Below, one piece after another: positions 37,086-46,426 of a stretch of 64,000 nucleotides of DNA; position 1 is the stretch's first letter, and every line of letters begins with the position of its first letter. Source of the stretch: an uncultured Bacilli bacterium. Its GTDB lineage: Bacteria; Bacillota_I; Bacilli_A; RF39; UBA660. Position numbers and translations under genes: made by a program. The notes below the pieces were generated by a model. The model saw only the letters and a program-made list of their open reading frames with translations. It made no database searches and had not been told where the DNA came from. Location of the stretch: positions 20,349 through 84,348 of the forward strand of contig CANQQK010000001.1 in NCBI GenBank assembly GCA_947626015.1, written 5' to 3'.

Positions 37086-37520
37086 ATGAAGAAATTTGAA
37101 CGTAGTATTAACGGATATAATGTTCGGCAAGTTAATGCTTTCGTTGATGATGTCGTTGATAAAGTCGATGATATGATTACAAAGATGAAGCAAAAGGATT
37201 TAGAGATTGAAAGACTTAATAAAGAATTAGAACATTATAAGAATATGGATGCCACTTTGAATAGAGCTGTTCTAATGGCCGAAGAAGCTTCGAATAAATA
37301 TAAAGAAAATTCACTTAATGAAAGTGATTTAATCGTTAAAGAAGCGAAAAAGAATGCTAATAGAATTATTAATGATGCTCTATTAAAAGCGGAAAAGATT
37401 GAAGAAGATGCTAGTCGTCTTCGTCGTAATATTATTACCTATAAGAGAAGAATAAAAGCCTTAATCGATGAACAAGCTGATATCATCGATGATTTAGATA
37501 AAGTTGATTTAGATGATTGA
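37086..37520 (+). CDS. DivIVA-domain protein (DivIVA/GpsB family)
   Basis: N-terminal FERSINGYNVRQVNAFVDDVVDKV DivIVA domain followed by a coiled coil. Confidence 0.65.
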   Translation: MKKFERSINGYNVRQVNAFVDDVVDKVDDMITKMKQKDLEIERLNKELEHYKNMDATLNRAVLMAEEASNKYKENSLNESDLIVKEAKKNANRIINDALLKAEKIEEDASRLRRNIITYKRRIKALIDEQADIIDDLDKVDLDD

Positions 37521-37540
37521 ATAAAAAGGGAATGATTTAG

Positions 37541-38056
37541 ATGAATGATGAAATAAAAGATCGTGTAAATGTGGAAATGAAGATTAGAACCTATGGAACT
37601 ATTAAACTGGAATTGGATGCCAAATCAGCACCCCAAACGGTTGAGAACTTTGTTGGATTAGTAAGAAGTCATTTCTATAATAATCTTTCTTTTCATCGTA
37701 TAATACCTGGATTTATGATCCAAGGTGGCGATCCAACAGGAACGGGTATGGGTGGATCAAGTATTCATATTCATGGCGAATTTAAGGATAATGGTTTTGA
37801 TAACTATTTGAAGCATACGAGGGGAGCTATTTCCATGGCGCGCTTAGCTGGTGATTATGATTCAGCTTCATCCCAATTCTTTATCGTTCATCAAGATTCA
37901 CCATTCTTAGATGGTCAATATGCTGTCTTTGGTTATGTAACGGAGGGTATTGAGGTTATCGATAAAATCGTCGCTGCGGCTAAACCTTTGGATGATGATG
38001 GAGCAATCGATGCTGCTGAACAACCCGTTATCTTATCGATAGATGTAGTAGAATGA
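37541..38056 (+). CDS. ppiB: Cyclophilin-type peptidyl-prolyl cis-trans isomerase
   Basis: FHRIIPGFMIQGGDPTGTGMGG, QFFIV, typical cyclophilin core. Confidence 0.85.
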   Translation: MNDEIKDRVNVEMKIRTYGTIKLELDAKSAPQTVENFVGLVRSHFYNNLSFHRIIPGFMIQGGDPTGTGMGGSSIHIHGEFKDNGFDNYLKHTRGAISMARLAGDYDSASSQFFIVHQDSPFLDGQYAVFGYVTEGIEVIDKIVAAAKPLDDDGAIDAAEQPVILSIDVVE

Positions 38057-38108
38057 GCAATCATTCTTTTTTTTATAAAAGCATGTTATAATAATAGCGT
38101 GGTGAAAT

Positions 38109-39959
38109 ATGAAAAAGTATTTTAATCGAATGGTTATAAGCAATATTTTAATGTTTATATCATTGATGATTTTAAGTATCTATATGTTTATTTATTCATC
38201 CAAGATCGTTAATGCTTCTTTGTATGGTTTTACCGGGATGCATTATAAACTAATATGGTTAGGTTTCTCTTTATCATGGGTTTTATGGTTTTTAAGTTTG
38301 ATCAATGCCTTTAAGGGATGGAAGAAAATCATTGCTTATTTAATCATCAATATGACTTGGATTGTTGTTTTTGTTGTGCAAATATGTTATGTAAAACAAT
38401 TGGGTAAATTTATGTTATTCAATGATCTATTCCTAGCTGGTGAAGGATTACAATATGTTAAGAGTGTTTTACTGCATTTAAATCCGGGAATGGTCGTTAT
38501 TGCTTTGATTTCTTTTTTAATTATGGTCTTTACGACTTTATATAACAAGAAATATGCGGAAGAGGATAAATATGCTAAAAGTCCTAAAATATATATTATC
38601 GTATTACTTATCCTAGGTCTTAGCTTACGTATTGGTAGTATTATCGGTTTAGGAAGTGCTACAAGCCCTAATACGTGGCAAGAAAATTATAATGCTAAGA
38701 ATATCTATAATAACTTTGTTAATCAAAATGCTAATATGTATCTAACGGGTCTTTATGAGTATGACATTAGAGGTGTTTATAAATATTTTTATAATATTTT
38801 AACCTTAGATAAATCTTTACTAAAAAAGGATATCGATCAATATGATACGATCTATGGTTATAAAAATAGTCGAAACGAATATAGTGGGATCTTTAAAGAT
38901 AAAAATATTATCTATATTATGATGGAGAGTATTGATTCTTGGATTATCGATAAGGATACGATGCCTAATCTATATCGGTTAAAAAAGGAAGGTTTAAATT
39001 TTACCAACCGTTATTCACCATTCTTTAATGGGGGACAAACGATTAATTCGGAATTTGCTTTAAATACAGGTCTATATTCGATAAGTGATTTCGATACCAT
39101 ATATGATATCGATGATGTTCATTATCCTTATAGTTTAGCTAATATGTTTAAGAATAAAGGATATAGTGTTAATAGTTTTCATGCTAATAATTCATCATTT
39201 TATAATCGTGGAGAATTTCATAAACGTTTAGGTTATGATCATCATTATTCAGCTTATGATATGCAAAAAGCGGGTATCTTAGATAAAGATATTAATTACT
39301 ATGCTGATTCCAATATGTTAAGTGATGATACGATCTTTAAACTTATGAGTGCTGATAAACCTTTCTTAGCTTTTATTACGACCTATTCAGCGCATTTAGA
39401 GTATAGTGAAAGTAATAAGGTCTATGTCAGTGTTGAGCATCCTTTTGCGGATAGTGATATGAATCAAGAGGAACAAATATATCGTACCTTAGCTTATGAT
39501 ACCGATAAAGCTATTGGTATCCTCATGGATAAATTAGAGAAACACAATATCTTAGATGATACGGTATTGGTATTGGTAAGTGATCACTATGTCTATGGTT
39601 ATTCAGATTCCGATTATGTTGCTTTAAAGAAACAAGTCTTAAATGATCGTCATGAGTTACAAAATACCCCATTTATTATCTGGAGTAAAGATATCGAAAG
39701 CAAAGATATCGATACGATACTTGATACGGCTGATATCTTACCAACGATTCTTAATATGGCTGATATCGAATATGATCCAAAGAACTATATGGGTACGGAT
39801 GTCTTCAGTGCTAATCATGATCACTTTGTTTGGTTTGAAGATGCTTCCTTTATCAAAGATGATGAATGTCTTTTGAGCGATGAAGCTATTCTAACTAAAA
39901 GTAATCTAAGTATTAAAAAGAATAAGAATATCTTATTAACCGATTATTATGGTAAGTAG
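38109..39959 (+). CDS. LtaS-family synthase/sulfatase-like membrane enzyme, paralog 2
   Basis: Five N-terminal TM helices then IYIMMESIDSW...NRYSPFFNGGQTINSEFA...VSDHYVYG. Confidence 0.7.
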   Translation: MKKYFNRMVISNILMFISLMILSIYMFIYSSKIVNASLYGFTGMHYKLIWLGFSLSWVLWFLSLINAFKGWKKIIAYLIINMTWIVVFVVQICYVKQLGKFMLFNDLFLAGEGLQYVKSVLLHLNPGMVVIALISFLIMVFTTLYNKKYAEEDKYAKSPKIYIIVLLILGLSLRIGSIIGLGSATSPNTWQENYNAKNIYNNFVNQNANMYLTGLYEYDIRGVYKYFYNILTLDKSLLKKDIDQYDTIYGYKNSRNEYSGIFKDKNIIYIMMESIDSWIIDKDTMPNLYRLKKEGLNFTNRYSPFFNGGQTINSEFALNTGLYSISDFDTIYDIDDVHYPYSLANMFKNKGYSVNSFHANNSSFYNRGEFHKRLGYDHHYSAYDMQKAGILDKDINYYADSNMLSDDTIFKLMSADKPFLAFITTYSAHLEYSESNKVYVSVEHPFADSDMNQEEQIYRTLAYDTDKAIGILMDKLEKHNILDDTVLVLVSDHYVYGYSDSDYVALKKQVLNDRHELQNTPFIIWSKDIESKDIDTILDTADILPTILNMADIEYDPKNYMGTDVFSANHDHFVWFEDASFIKDDECLLSDEAILTKSNLSIKKNKNILLTDYYGK

Positions 39960-39971
39960 GGATGTGATAAT

Positions 39972-40598
39972 ATGCCTTTAAAACAAAGTACGAAAGAGGT
40001 TGTATTGTTTTTTAAAAAGAATACTAAATATGATATCGATGATATTACTACGGAAATAACGAAACGTTATCCAGATCTTGGAGTAGCAAATATTTTAAGT
40101 TATGAATCAGGTACTGGGATGCCTTTATTTTATCATGGAGGGGATCCTGATATGGTTTTATCAGCTGACTATAGTTCCTTATCTATTATCGTTCATGAAA
40201 AGTATTTTGATGCTTTACCCGTTATCGTCTTTGATATGGTTGATATCTTTGCCGAAGTCAATGTTAAATTTGTACGGATGGGTTATGTAAGCAGTTTCTA
40301 TGAAAAGGAAGAAGATATTGAAAGTATTCGTGATCGCTATCTAAAGACGGATAATATTGGGGATATTCATGAATTTGATATCGGATGGTATAAAAACCTT
40401 AAAGCGCATTTTGGTAATATCAATTGTTGGGAGAAATTGATTACTGAAAGAGGTAATATCCGTGATCTCTTATGTCAATATGATTGCAATACACCAATCG
40501 ATCAAATATTTAACTTTGAAATGAAAAACATCAAAGAATTCTTTAAAGTAGCAGATAACTATGTCTTAGAAAGATATGCTAATCTTAAAGGTGAATGA
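39972..40598 (+). CDS. Hypothetical cytoplasmic protein (208 aa)
   Basis: RBS AGGGATGTGA; no recognisable motifs; 4-nt ATGA overlap with the next gene. Confidence 0.5.
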   Translation: MPLKQSTKEVVLFFKKNTKYDIDDITTEITKRYPDLGVANILSYESGTGMPLFYHGGDPDMVLSADYSSLSIIVHEKYFDALPVIVFDMVDIFAEVNVKFVRMGYVSSFYEKEEDIESIRDRYLKTDNIGDIHEFDIGWYKNLKAHFGNINCWEKLITERGNIRDLLCQYDCNTPIDQIFNFEMKNIKEFFKVADNYVLERYANLKGE

Positions 40599-41206
40599 TG
40601 AAAAAGTTCTTAGTAAGTTTAATCTTAAGTATTCTATTTGTAATAACGATTATCTTTTCTTTAATATCATTAACGGTTTTAAATGATCGTTATATAACCT
40701 TTATCTTTTCTAAAAATGATATCTATAATGATATTGCTAAAGATATTACCAACGATTATGAAGAACATAATATTTCTAAAGACTTTGATAGTGATGAAGT
40801 TAAAAATGATCTTGAATGCTATATAAGTAAAAGATATGATAAGAGTAAGTTAAGTTTAAAAAAGAATGATATCTATTATGATCATATTACCTTTATGAAA
40901 GAAATCGATATGAAAAAGGTAAGTTATTTTATCTATAGCATAACGTTACTTTTCATCATTATTACCGGAACGATCTTTGTTCATAGTAAGAGATATCATC
41001 ATCTTGATTTAATCTATTTAATAAGTTCTGTATTGATCTTTATCATCTCGGGTTATATATATGTAATGATCGATTTAAATAATAATATCTTTAATATCGT
41101 TTTAAAGACGACCAATCATGTTTTATTAGGAGTAGGGGTATTTATCTTTGAACTCGTCTTCTTAAAGTATAGTAATATTCTTATTCATAAGCATTTAAAA
41201 AAGTAA
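40595..41206 (+). CDS. Hypothetical polytopic membrane protein (about 4-5 TM)
   Basis: Translationally coupled to 39972..40598; hydrophobic helices at residues about 8-28, 118-140, 148-170, 178-198. Confidence 0.5.
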   Translation: MMKKFLVSLILSILFVITIIFSLISLTVLNDRYITFIFSKNDIYNDIAKDITNDYEEHNISKDFDSDEVKNDLECYISKRYDKSKLSLKKNDIYYDHITFMKEIDMKKVSYFIYSITLLFIIITGTIFVHSKRYHHLDLIYLISSVLIFIISGYIYVMIDLNNNIFNIVLKTTNHVLLGVGVFIFELVFLKYSNILIHKHLKK

Positions 41207-41213
41207 CAAATTG

Positions 41214-41447
41214 TTACTTTTTTTGATGCCAGACATCATTTTCACTGATCTCTTTAAGCTTCTTATTATGTAATAAATAATAATGAAAATGATATTGGAA
41301 GATTAAGATATCTTTTTCTTTATCATAATACCAAACGATGACTTCTTTGATATTTAAGTTATAGGGTTCTAATAAAAGACTTAAATAATAATCTAAGGAA
41401 TCTTCATAACTAATCTTATTCCATAATAGTATATCTTTTTTCTTCAT
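41214..41447 (-). CDS. Small hypothetical protein (77 aa from the internal ATG)
   Basis: A minus-strand TTGATT-17-TAAAAT promoter lies downstream of the first ATG (41483); RBS AAGGATGA precedes the ATG at 41447. Confidence 0.3.
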   Translation of the reverse strand: MKKKDILLWNKISYEDSLDYYLSLLLEPYNLNIKEVIVWYYDKEKDILIFQYHFHYYLLHNKKLKEISENDVWHQKK

Positions 41448-41560
41448 ATAATCATCCTTATATACTGATTTTATACTACTCATAAAAATAAATCAACGAA
41501 TAAGTGAGGTAAAATCTAAAATTATCATGGGACAATAATCATAAGATGGAGTGATTATTG

Positions 41561-41788
41561 ATGGATAATGATGTTAAGGAAATCTATTATTTAATCGGAA
41601 AGAATCTTAAAAGGATTCGGAAGATGAAAGGTATGACGCAAGAGGAACTAGCCCTTAAGAGTAATTACTCCTTAGGATTTATTATGAATATTGAAAGTGA
41701 TAAATATTATCAATCATTCTCTTTAGGTACTTTATGGCGTTTTGCTCGAGTATTGGATGTGGATATCAAAGAATTCTTTAAAGATTAG
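41561..41788 (+). CDS. XRE-family helix-turn-helix transcriptional regulator
   Basis: MKGMTQEELALKSNYSLGFIMNIESDK HTH; RBS GGAGTGA 7 nt upstream. Confidence 0.65.
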   Translation: MDNDVKEIYYLIGKNLKRIRKMKGMTQEELALKSNYSLGFIMNIESDKYYQSFSLGTLWRFARVLDVDIKEFFKD

Positions 41789-42477
41789 AGTTCTTTTTTA
41801 TTGCGATTAAATTCTCGATATAGTTTGCTGATGGCGCGTTTTTCGATGCGAGAGACATAGGAACGAGAAATATTTAGACTCTTAGCAATCTCCTTTTGGG
41901 TCATCTTATCATAATCGTTTAAACCATAACGACGCATGATGATTTCCTTTTCTCTTGGGGTTAAGATCTTTAAACCTTCCTTGATATAATCGACATTTTC
42001 TTTATTATGTAAGAGTTCTAAAAAGTCGATCTTATCATCTTTGATGACATCGATTAAATTGATCTCATTGCCTTCCTTATCATAACCAATGGAATCGTTT
42101 AAAGAGATGGTATTATTATTCTTTTTATTGCTCCGAAAATACATTAAGATTTCGTTTTCAATACAACGAGCAGCATAGGTGGTAAGACGATTATTTTTAT
42201 CGGGTTTAAAGGAATCGATACCTTTTATTAAACCAATGGTACCGATACTTATAAGATCATCGGTATTGCTATCTAAGTGTTCAAATTTTTTCACGATATG
42301 CGCTACTAAACGTAAATTATGTTCGATGAGTTTATTACGAGCATTCTTATCATTGTGAGCAAGTTCTTTTAAGTATTTATCTTCTTCTTCCTTACTTAGG
42401 GGTTCGGGGAAGACATTTAAAGAGTAAGAACCATGAAATAACCCTAAAATACTTAAAAGAGTACTTAGTAGATACAT
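41785..42477 (-). CDS. sigK: Sporulation sigma factor sigma-K (pro-sigma-K), uninterrupted
   Basis: ARNKLIEHNLRLVAHIVKKFEH, DLISIGTIGLIKGIDSF, TYAARCIENEILMYFR, ISLNDSIGYDKEGNEINLIDV, QKEIAKSLNISRSYVSRIEKRA are near-identical to remembered B. subtilis SigK; hydrophobic pro-peptide MYLLSTLLSILGLFHGSYSL; RBS AGGTGAT. Confidence 0.85.
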   Translation of the reverse strand: MYLLSTLLSILGLFHGSYSLNVFPEPLSKEEEDKYLKELAHNDKNARNKLIEHNLRLVAHIVKKFEHLDSNTDDLISIGTIGLIKGIDSFKPDKNNRLTTYAARCIENEILMYFRSNKKNNNTISLNDSIGYDKEGNEINLIDVIKDDKIDFLELLHNKENVDYIKEGLKILTPREKEIIMRRYGLNDYDKMTQKEIAKSLNISRSYVSRIEKRAISKLYREFNRNKKEL

Positions 42478-42539
42478 TTTAATCACCTAATCAATAATAC
42501 GTTTAGCTTGTAAATTTATTCGTTAAATTATTGTAAATA

Positions 42540-42568
42540 ACTTGCATATATATTGTTTAAAACTTATA
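42540..42568 (+). promoter_or_regulatory. Consensus sigma-A promoter TTGCAT-17-TATAAT
   Basis: Directly upstream of RBS AGGTGAT and ATG at 42587. Confidence 0.5.
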
Positions 42569-42586
42569 ATACTATTAGGTGATATT

Positions 42587-42970
42587 ATGAAGAAGCCTTT
42601 TATGATATTTTCGTATATAGCATGTGGATTTCTATTCCTTTTTGCTTTTGGTTTAGAAGTATATGCTGTTTGTCCTTTAGGGCCTGATGTTACTAAAGAT
42701 TTATATGGAATTTTAAAGATTATTAATATTGTTGCTCCCTTACTTGTTATTGGATTTACGATAGCTGATGCTATTAGAGCATTAACTCAAGGGGATAGTG
42801 GACCAGATATGAAGAAGGTAGCGCAAAAGTTTGCTAAGAGATGTGTCTATGCCGTGATTTTGTTCTTCTTACCAATGTTGGTCGATCAAGTCATGCAAAT
42901 GGCTGATGTATGGGGTGTTAATGGTACTTGTGACTTAGAGCATCCTACAGAAAATCTTAATAGTGATTAA
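42587..42970 (+). CDS. Small secreted two-TM protein with signal peptide and conserved Cys (paralog of 24731..25105); VirB2/TrbC-like topology
   Basis: MKKPFMIFSYIACGFLFLFAFGLEVYA signal peptide, then two helices separated by GDSGPDMKKVAQKFAKR; Cys near the N- and C-terminus of the mature protein. Confidence 0.55.
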   Translation: MKKPFMIFSYIACGFLFLFAFGLEVYAVCPLGPDVTKDLYGILKIINIVAPLLVIGFTIADAIRALTQGDSGPDMKKVAQKFAKRCVYAVILFFLPMLVDQVMQMADVWGVNGTCDLEHPTENLNSD

Positions 42971-42980
42971 GAAAAAAAGA

Positions 42981-43008
42981 AGATGGTTCAATTGAACCAT
43001 TTTTTTTG
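42981..43008 (+). terminator. Rho-independent terminator
   Basis: ATGGTTCAA-TTGAACCAT followed by TTTTTTTT. Confidence 0.65.
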
Positions 43009-43039
43009 ATATAATTAATGGGGTAAGTAGGTGGATATA

Positions 43040-43564
43040 ATGATCGATAAATTTGTTCCTGATAAATATTTTAAAAGTATCTATGATATCAATTATAAAT
43101 TACTATTACAGAGTGGTATTAAATGTTTGATATTTGATCTAACCAATACCTTAGAACCAGAATCCGTTCATACACCTTCAAAGAAGGTCAAGGACCTCTT
43201 TGAAGATTTAAAAGATATGGGTTTTAGAGTCTTAATCGTTAGTAATACTTTTAAACGTTTTGTAACTCCATTTAAGGAACTATTATGTGTTGATTCAGCA
43301 TATCTATCTTTTAAACCTTTAAAAAGAAAATATAAAAAGATTATGAAGATTTATAATCTTCAAGATAATGAAATAGCTTGTATTGGCGATCAATTATTCT
43401 TTGATATATATGGTGCTAATAGAATGAATTTTACTTCCATTTTGGTTAATCCCATTAGTACTGATGAATTTACAATAACGAAGATCAATCGTAAGATTGA
43501 AAATTTGATGATCAATCATCTAACAAAGAAGGATCTATTTAAGAGAGGAAGATATTATGAATAA
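43040..43564 (+). CDS. yqeG: HAD-superfamily (subfamily IIIA) phosphatase YqeG
   Basis: CLIFDLTNTL (DxD-type motif I region), VLIVSNT, IGDQLFFDIYGANRMN; conserved position upstream of yqeH. Confidence 0.7.
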   Translation: MIDKFVPDKYFKSIYDINYKLLLQSGIKCLIFDLTNTLEPESVHTPSKKVKDLFEDLKDMGFRVLIVSNTFKRFVTPFKELLCVDSAYLSFKPLKRKYKKIMKIYNLQDNEIACIGDQLFFDIYGANRMNFTSILVNPISTDEFTITKINRKIENLMINHLTKKDLFKRGRYYE

Positions 43565-44537
43565 GATATGTTATGGTTGTGGGGTTAAATTACAATCAGA
43601 GGATAAGAATCGTTTGGGTTATATACCTGCTAAAAAGATGGATGATGCTAAATATTGTATGCGTTGTTTTCGTTTGATTAATTATGGTGAAAATAAGGGA
43701 AGTCAAACTCCTAAAGATGTTAAAGAGATCGTCGGTAAGATCAATAAGGATTGTCGCTTTGTTATCTTCCTAGTCGATTATTTAAATATCAATAAGGAGA
43801 CTATTGAAATCTTTAAATCTATCAAAAAGGAGAAGGTCTTAGTTATCAATAAATGTGAATTATTACCTAGTTCCGTAAAAGCCGAAAGAATCAAAGATTA
43901 TGTTCATAACTATTACAGAATTGAAGATGATATCATTATCAAAGGTGGTAAAGCACATCATGGTGCTAAGACGGTTATCAACTATCTAAACGATAAAGAT
44001 ATCAAAGAAAGTTATATTCTAGGTCTTTCTAATTCTGGTAAATCAACCCTTATCAATGATATTCGTGATATTCTTAAAAGCAATGTCGAAACAATTACGG
44101 TTAGCAAGAAAGCTAATACAACGTTAGATTTTATTAGGGTTAATATGAATGATGATTTATTACTTATCGATTCCCCAGGTTTTATTATCGATCATGCTCT
44201 TAATTATGATGCTTTTACGAAAAATATTGTTGCTTATTCATTGCAAATGAAGATTTGTGAAACAGCAAGTCTTTTGGATAATAAGTACTTTTTAAAGTTC
44301 GATGCTGATACGCCAATTATCTTCTATACGAATGCTGATAGTAAGAAGAATATCAAGAAATATTTTAGAGCTGCTCCGAATTTGGTTCATACGATCGAAA
44401 TTACGGAAAACAATATGGATGTCGTTCTTCTAGGAATTGGTTTTGTAACTATCAAGAAAAAGTGTGTTATTACGACCAATATACCTTTAGAAAATTTGGA
44501 AGTAAGACCAAGTATGTTTGGTGGAAAATATGAGTAG
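43557..44537 (+). CDS. yqeH: Ribosome-biogenesis GTPase YqeH (N-terminal zinc ribbon + circularly permuted GTPase)
   Basis: CYGCGVKLQSEDKNRLGYIP...CMRCFRL zinc ribbon; GLSNSGKSTLIN G1 motif after G4, as in cpGTPases. Confidence 0.85.
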   Translation: MNKICYGCGVKLQSEDKNRLGYIPAKKMDDAKYCMRCFRLINYGENKGSQTPKDVKEIVGKINKDCRFVIFLVDYLNINKETIEIFKSIKKEKVLVINKCELLPSSVKAERIKDYVHNYYRIEDDIIIKGGKAHHGAKTVINYLNDKDIKESYILGLSNSGKSTLINDIRDILKSNVETITVSKKANTTLDFIRVNMNDDLLLIDSPGFIIDHALNYDAFTKNIVAYSLQMKICETASLLDNKYFLKFDADTPIIFYTNADSKKNIKKYFRAAPNLVHTIEITENNMDVVLLGIGFVTIKKKCVITTNIPLENLEVRPSMFGGKYE

Positions 44538-46299
44538 AATTCAGGTAATGAGTGATAATCTCGCCAATAAGATTGCTGCTGGTGAGGTTGTTGAAAGTGT
44601 AGCGAGTGTCGTTAAGGAACTCGTGGAAAATAGCATCGATGCAGGTAGTAAAAATATTATCATCAATCTTAGTGATAGTGGCTTACACATGATCGAGGTA
44701 ATCGATGATGGTATAGGAATGGATAAGGATGATGCCCTTAAGGCTTTTGAACGCCATGCTACCAGTAAACTTTTGAAAGAGGATGACCTCTTCTTTATCA
44801 ATACCTTAGGTTTCCGTGGTGAAGCCTTACCTTCGATTGCTTCTGTCTCCAAGGTCGATCTTAAGACCTGTATTAAAGGAGGCGAGGGAAGACATATCGT
44901 CATCGAAGGGGGACATTTAATAACTGATGAAGTTGGGGATAAAAGAGAGGGTACGAGAATTCAAGTAGCTGATCTTTTCTATAATACCCCAGCACGTTTA
45001 AAATACTTAAAGAGTGACGCTACTGAACTAGCTAATGTTACTAGTTATATCGAAAAATTAGCATTATCCCATGCCAATATATCATTTTCTTTGAGCAATA
45101 ATGATAAAAGAATCGTTTTTACTTCAGGATCTAATGATCTTTTAAAGACCATTCATGAAGTATATGGATATACGGTAAGTTCTAATATGATTGCGATTCA
45201 TGCTAGTAGTGATGATTATGATATCTCTGGTTATATATGCAAACCAAGTGTTTTAAAGAGCAATCGCAATCATATGACCACCATTGTTAATGGTAGATGT
45301 GTTAAAAATGCTTTGGTCAATAAAGCTTTAAATGATGGTTATTATACCTTTAAACCCGATATAAAATACCCCGTATGTGTTCTTTTAATCGATACCGATC
45401 CGACATTGATCGATGTTAATATTCATCCCACAAAACAAGATATTAAGTTTTCCAAAATCGATTGTTTAACGGATCTCATTACGAAGACAGTTAATAGTGC
45501 TTTGAAGAAAGCTTTATTGGTTCCAGAAATAGAGGTCAATAAAACAAATGATTATTATGAAGAAATAAGTATCGATCAAGTTCATGAAGAGGAAGTACCT
45601 TATGAGCGTAGTGAACAAGAAAGAATTGATTTTAAGAGAATCGATAATTATGAAAGTGCTAAAGAACAGGTTTTAAAGACCTTAGATAATCATGAAGAAA
45701 ATGCTTTGATTAAAAAGTTAGAGTTATATCCCGTAGGTATAGTAATGGGAACATACATCATTGCCCAAAATGAAGAAAACATGTATATGATCGATCAACA
45801 TGCTGCTCAAGAAAGAATCAATTATGAGAAGGTCTTACACGCTTTAAGAGATGATAAGATCTATACAACATCCCTTCTAATACCGATAACGATGGAGTTA
45901 TCATCTTCGGAATATCAAACTATTAAAGAACATCTATCCATCTTGGAAGATTTAGGTTTTAAGATCGAAGAATTTGGGGTTAATACCTATATCATCAAGG
46001 AACATCCGACATGGTTAAGGAAAGGCTTAGAAACCGAAAGTGTAAGGAAGATTTTCGATATTATCATCGAAGGTAAGGATTTATTTGATCGGGTTAAGTT
46101 CCAAGATCATATCGCGGCAACGATGGCATGTAAGATGAGTGTTAAAGGTAATGAAGCCATTACCTTAGAACAAGCGGCAAGGCTTTTAGATGATCTTGTC
46201 TTATGCGATAATCCTTATAATTGTCCTCATGGAAGACCAACCATTATATCTTTTACCCGTTATGAACTTGAGAAGATGTTTAAAAGGGTCATGAACTAA
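44530..46299 (+). CDS. mutL: DNA mismatch repair protein MutL
   Basis: N-terminal GHKL ATPase (LANKIAAGEVVE, ELVENSIDAG, GFRGEAL), C-terminal endonuclease motif DQHAAQERINYEK and CPHGRP; overlaps the yqeH end. Confidence 0.9.
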   Translation: MSRIQVMSDNLANKIAAGEVVESVASVVKELVENSIDAGSKNIIINLSDSGLHMIEVIDDGIGMDKDDALKAFERHATSKLLKEDDLFFINTLGFRGEALPSIASVSKVDLKTCIKGGEGRHIVIEGGHLITDEVGDKREGTRIQVADLFYNTPARLKYLKSDATELANVTSYIEKLALSHANISFSLSNNDKRIVFTSGSNDLLKTIHEVYGYTVSSNMIAIHASSDDYDISGYICKPSVLKSNRNHMTTIVNGRCVKNALVNKALNDGYYTFKPDIKYPVCVLLIDTDPTLIDVNIHPTKQDIKFSKIDCLTDLITKTVNSALKKALLVPEIEVNKTNDYYEEISIDQVHEEEVPYERSEQERIDFKRIDNYESAKEQVLKTLDNHEENALIKKLELYPVGIVMGTYIIAQNEENMYMIDQHAAQERINYEKVLHALRDDKIYTTSLLIPITMELSSSEYQTIKEHLSILEDLGFKIEEFGVNTYIIKEHPTWLRKGLETESVRKIFDIIIEGKDLFDRVKFQDHIAATMACKMSVKGNEAITLEQAARLLDDLVLCDNPYNCPHGRPTIISFTRYELEKMFKRVMN

Positions 46300-46325
46300 A
46301 AAAATAATAATGTAAAGCACTGTAA

Positions 46326-46352
46326 AGGAGTCATTGTTACTCCTTTTTTTGT
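46326..46352 (+). terminator. Rho-independent terminator after mutL
   Basis: AAGGAGT-CATTGTT-ACTCCTT followed by TTTTTTG. Confidence 0.6.
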
Positions 46353-46392
46353 TGCATTTTGGGGTGGATAAGTAGTATATTATGTATAGACA

Positions 46393-46417
46393 GTGGTAGA
46401 TTGTGGAAGAAAGTGGG
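46393..46417 (+). promoter_or_regulatory. MraZ operator: three GTGG(T/A/G) direct repeats at 10-bp phasing immediately upstream of mraZ
   Basis: GTGGT (46393), GTGGA (46403), GTGGG (46413), each separated by a 5-nt spacer. Confidence 0.5.
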
Positions 46418-46426
46418 GAGTTTCCG

